NCBI GenBank assembly: GCA_030390025.1
Contig: CM059432.1
Coordinates: 16,990,001-17,054,000, forward strand
DNA length: 64,000 nt
Reading direction: 5' to 3'
Origin: Squalus acanthias
Taxonomy: Eukaryota
The stretch's first letter is position 1. Each line of letters starts with the position of its first letter. This document shows positions 60,978 to 64,000 of this stretch, piece after piece. The notes below the pieces were generated by a model, which was given only the letters and a program-made list of their open reading frames with translations, had not been told where the DNA came from and made no database searches. The position numbers and the translations under genes were made by a program.

Positions 60978-63900
60978 TGCAGTGGACTAGAGTGCAGTTT
61001 GTCACAGAGTGCAGATTGGAACAGAGTGTTAATCTATGAGTTTGGTGAGTGAGGGAGTAAATCTTAAAGGTTAATCTCTTATTTTAGTCTTGTGTGCTTG
61101 CAATTAGCATTTAAATTTACTGTTCCAAGTTTAAGTTTCTTCCAGGCTTGGGCAGGGCTAAGCAAGCTCTGTGCTGGAGAGCAGGTGAGAGTAATTAATT
61201 AATTAACTGGTCTAATCTGGTTCTGTAACTGCCAGAGAGCTCACTTATTTAAATCTCAGCAGTAAAATAAGGGAGACTAGAGTGCAGTTTGTCACGGAGT
61301 GCAGATTGGAACAGAGTGTTAAGCTGCGAGTTTGGTGAGTGAGGGAGTGCGGGGAGGGAGGTGTTCCTTCCTTTTTCCATCTTTGTCAGCTTCCTGGTGC
61401 GGCGGCGGACCTGCATGAGGCGAGGCGGCGGCAGAGGGTTTAAAAGGCTCCAGAGACCAGGTAAGGCGGGACCAGTCTCCGAACTCGGAGGGAGGGAGAG
61501 AGGTAAAAAATAATAGAGGTGTGACGTCACCAGAAAGCAGGTAAGTAATTGGTTGGTGAGCATTTCTCTCTTTTTAAACTTAAACTCTGTGGTTTATAGT
61601 TTCTAAGGTGTGATATTCATCAGGCGGGGCAGAGGGTATTTAAAAAATATTAATAAATTTAATTAATTACATAGAATGGGAGAGCAGGTGATGTGTTACT
61701 GCTGCAATATGTGGGAGCTGGTGGACACCATTGATGCTCACGGTGATCACATTTGCAGTAAGTGTTGGCTGCTCGAGGAACTCCGGCTCCGTGTTGATGA
61801 GCTGGAGTCCGAGCTTCAAACACTGTGACACATCAGGGAGGGGGAGAGTTACCTGGACTCCGTGTTCCAGGAAGTAGTCACACCAATTAGATTAACTAAT
61901 TCAGATGTAGTCCGTGGTCAGGGACAGGAGGGTGTGACTATGAGTGAGGCAGGTACGGGGATCCAGGAGGTAGTGTTGGAGGAGCCGCAGCCCTTGCTCT
62001 TGTCCAACAGGTTCGAGGCTCTTACTCCCTGTGAGGACGGGAGCAGGGACTGCAGGGAGGATGAGCAACCTGGCCACAGCACCGTGGAACGGGGGGCCAT
62101 TCAAGTCGGGGGAGTAAAAAGAAATGTTGTAGTGGTAGGGGATAGTATCATAAGGGGGATAGATAGGGTTCTTTGCAGCCGAGAGCGAGAGTCCCGAAGG
62201 TTGTGTTGCCTGCCCGGTGCCAGGGTTAAGGACATCTCCTCTGGGCTGGAGAGAAACTTGGAGTGGGAGTGGGAGGGGGAGGATCCAGTTGTCGTGGTCC
62301 ATGTTGGTACCAACGACATAGATAGGACAAGGAAAGAGGTTCTGCTGAGGGAGTATGAGCAGCTAGGGGCCAAATTAAAAAGCAGAACCACAAGGGTAAT
62401 AATCTCTGGATTACTACCTGAGCCACGAGCAAATTTGGCTAGGGTAAATAAAATCAGAGAGTTAAATGCGTGGCTCAAAGACTGGTGTGGGAGAAATGGG
62501 TTTTGCTTCTTGGGACACTGGCACCAGTACTGGGACGGGAGAGAGCTGTTCTGTTGGGACGGACTTCACTTGGCCAGTGCTGGGACTAGAATCCTGGCGA
62601 ATCGAATAACTCGGGCTGTAGAGAGGGCTTTAAACTAATTAGTGGGGGGGAGGTTTCAAGAGAGCGAAGAATAAAAATGTCAGCGGAGAAGGCAATAGAG
62701 CAAATTAGCAGTGGGGAAATTAAAAACCAGAGCGTGTCAGGAAGGGACAGAATATATAAAGATAAAGGTAAAGTAGTAAAGGGGGTAAAAGCAGGAATAA
62801 ATTGTCACAAAACATGTTTAAAAGTTCTTTATCTGAATGCATGCAGCATTCGTAACAAAATAGACGAGTTGACAGTACAAATAACTACACATGGGTATGA
62901 TCTGGTGGCCATTACAGAAACATGGCTGCGAGGTGACCATGACTGGGAACTAAACATCCAGGGGTATTTGACTATTAGGAAGGACAGACAGGAAGGAAAG
63001 GGAGGTGGGGTGGCTATGTTAATAAAGGATGGAATCACTGCAATAGTGAGAAATGATATTGGGTCAAAGAATCAGGATGGTGAAACAGTTTGGGTAGAGA
63101 TAAGGAATAATAAGGGGAAAAAGTCACTAGTGGGCGTAGTCTATAGGCCTCCTAACAGTTGTAACTCTATTGGTCGGAGTATAAATCAGGAAATAGTTGG
63201 GGCTTGTAATAAGGGAACAGCTATAATCATGGGAGATTTTAACTTTCATATTGACTGGACAAATCAAATTGGGCAGGGCAGCCTTGAGGAAGAGTTCATA
63301 GAGTGCATTAGGGATGGGTTCCTTGAGCAGTATGTTACTGAACCAACCAGGGGCAGGCAATCTTAGATCTGGTCCTGTGTAATGAGACAGGATTAATAAA
63401 AAATGTCCTAGTAAAGGATCCCCTTGGAATGAGTGACCATAACATGGTTGAATTCCAAATTCAGTTAGAGGGTGAGAGAGTTGGATCTCAAACCAGCGTA
63501 CTAAGCTTAAATAAAGGAGACTATGAAGGTATGAGAGCAGAGTTGACTAAGGTGGACTGGGAAAATAGATTAAGGTGTAAGAAGGTACAGGCGCAGTGGT
63601 GTACATTCAAGGAGGTATTTCACAACTTTCAAGAAAAATATATTCCACTTAGGAAAAAGAGGCGTAAAAGAAAAGACAGCCATCCGTGGCTAAATAAAGT
63701 AATAAAGGATAGTATCCGACTGAAAACAAGGGCATATAAAGTAGCCAAATCTAGTGGGAGGATAGAAGATTGGGAAGCATTTAAAAGCCAGCAAAGAATA
63801 ACTAAAAGATTAATTAAGAAGGGGAAGATAGATTATGAAAGTAAACTAGCAAAAAATAAAAAACAGATAGCAAGAGTTTCTACAGTTATATAAAAAGAAA

Positions 63901-64000
63901 AAGGGTGGCTAAAGTGAATGTTGGTCCCTTAGAGGACGAGACCGGGAAATTAGTAGTGGGGAACACGGAGATGGCAAATACGCTGAACAAATATTTTGTA
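60978..64000 (+). mobile_element. CR1 LINE 5' part, running off the window
   Basis: ORF1 ATG at 61676 with premature TGA near 61826, esterase GDSII/VGTND/DGLHL ending 62638; ORF2 endonuclease with frameshifts. Confidence 0.92.

Noticed and set aside
1..64000. Prokaryotic systems such as CRISPR arrays, retrons or operons
   Set aside because: No repeat-spacer array or operon structure; all RT ORFs are eukaryotic non-LTR retrotransposons

Overview
Vertebrate genomic DNA, almost certainly a cartilaginous fish (shark): it carries HE1-type V-SINE and Deu-domain SINE copies plus several CR1 subfamilies. Most of the window is nested transposable elements: CR1, L2, RTE and a poly(A)-tailed single-ORF LINE, Penelope remnants, SINEs, four two-gene PIF/Harbinger relics with their MITEs, one hAT-type MITE and one Tc1/pogo-type MITE. 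I found no intact host gene. Three things stand out. (1) All five CR1 ORF1/ORF2 junctions carry the heptamer T_TTA_AAC directly before the ORF1 stop, with ORF2 open in the -1 frame in four of them (and lacking an early AUG in two), which suggests programmed -1 ribosomal frameshifting. (2) A TSD-bounded, 5'-inverted RTE insertion carries TPP2 exon 1 joined to a CR1-derived cryptic exon, which looks like a retrotransposed spliced chimeric transcript driven from a host promoter. (3) A single-ORF LINE has a tRNA-like Pol III head. One full-length CR1 has an intact ORF2. Family assignments were made by eye, without database searches, and some boundaries are approximate.
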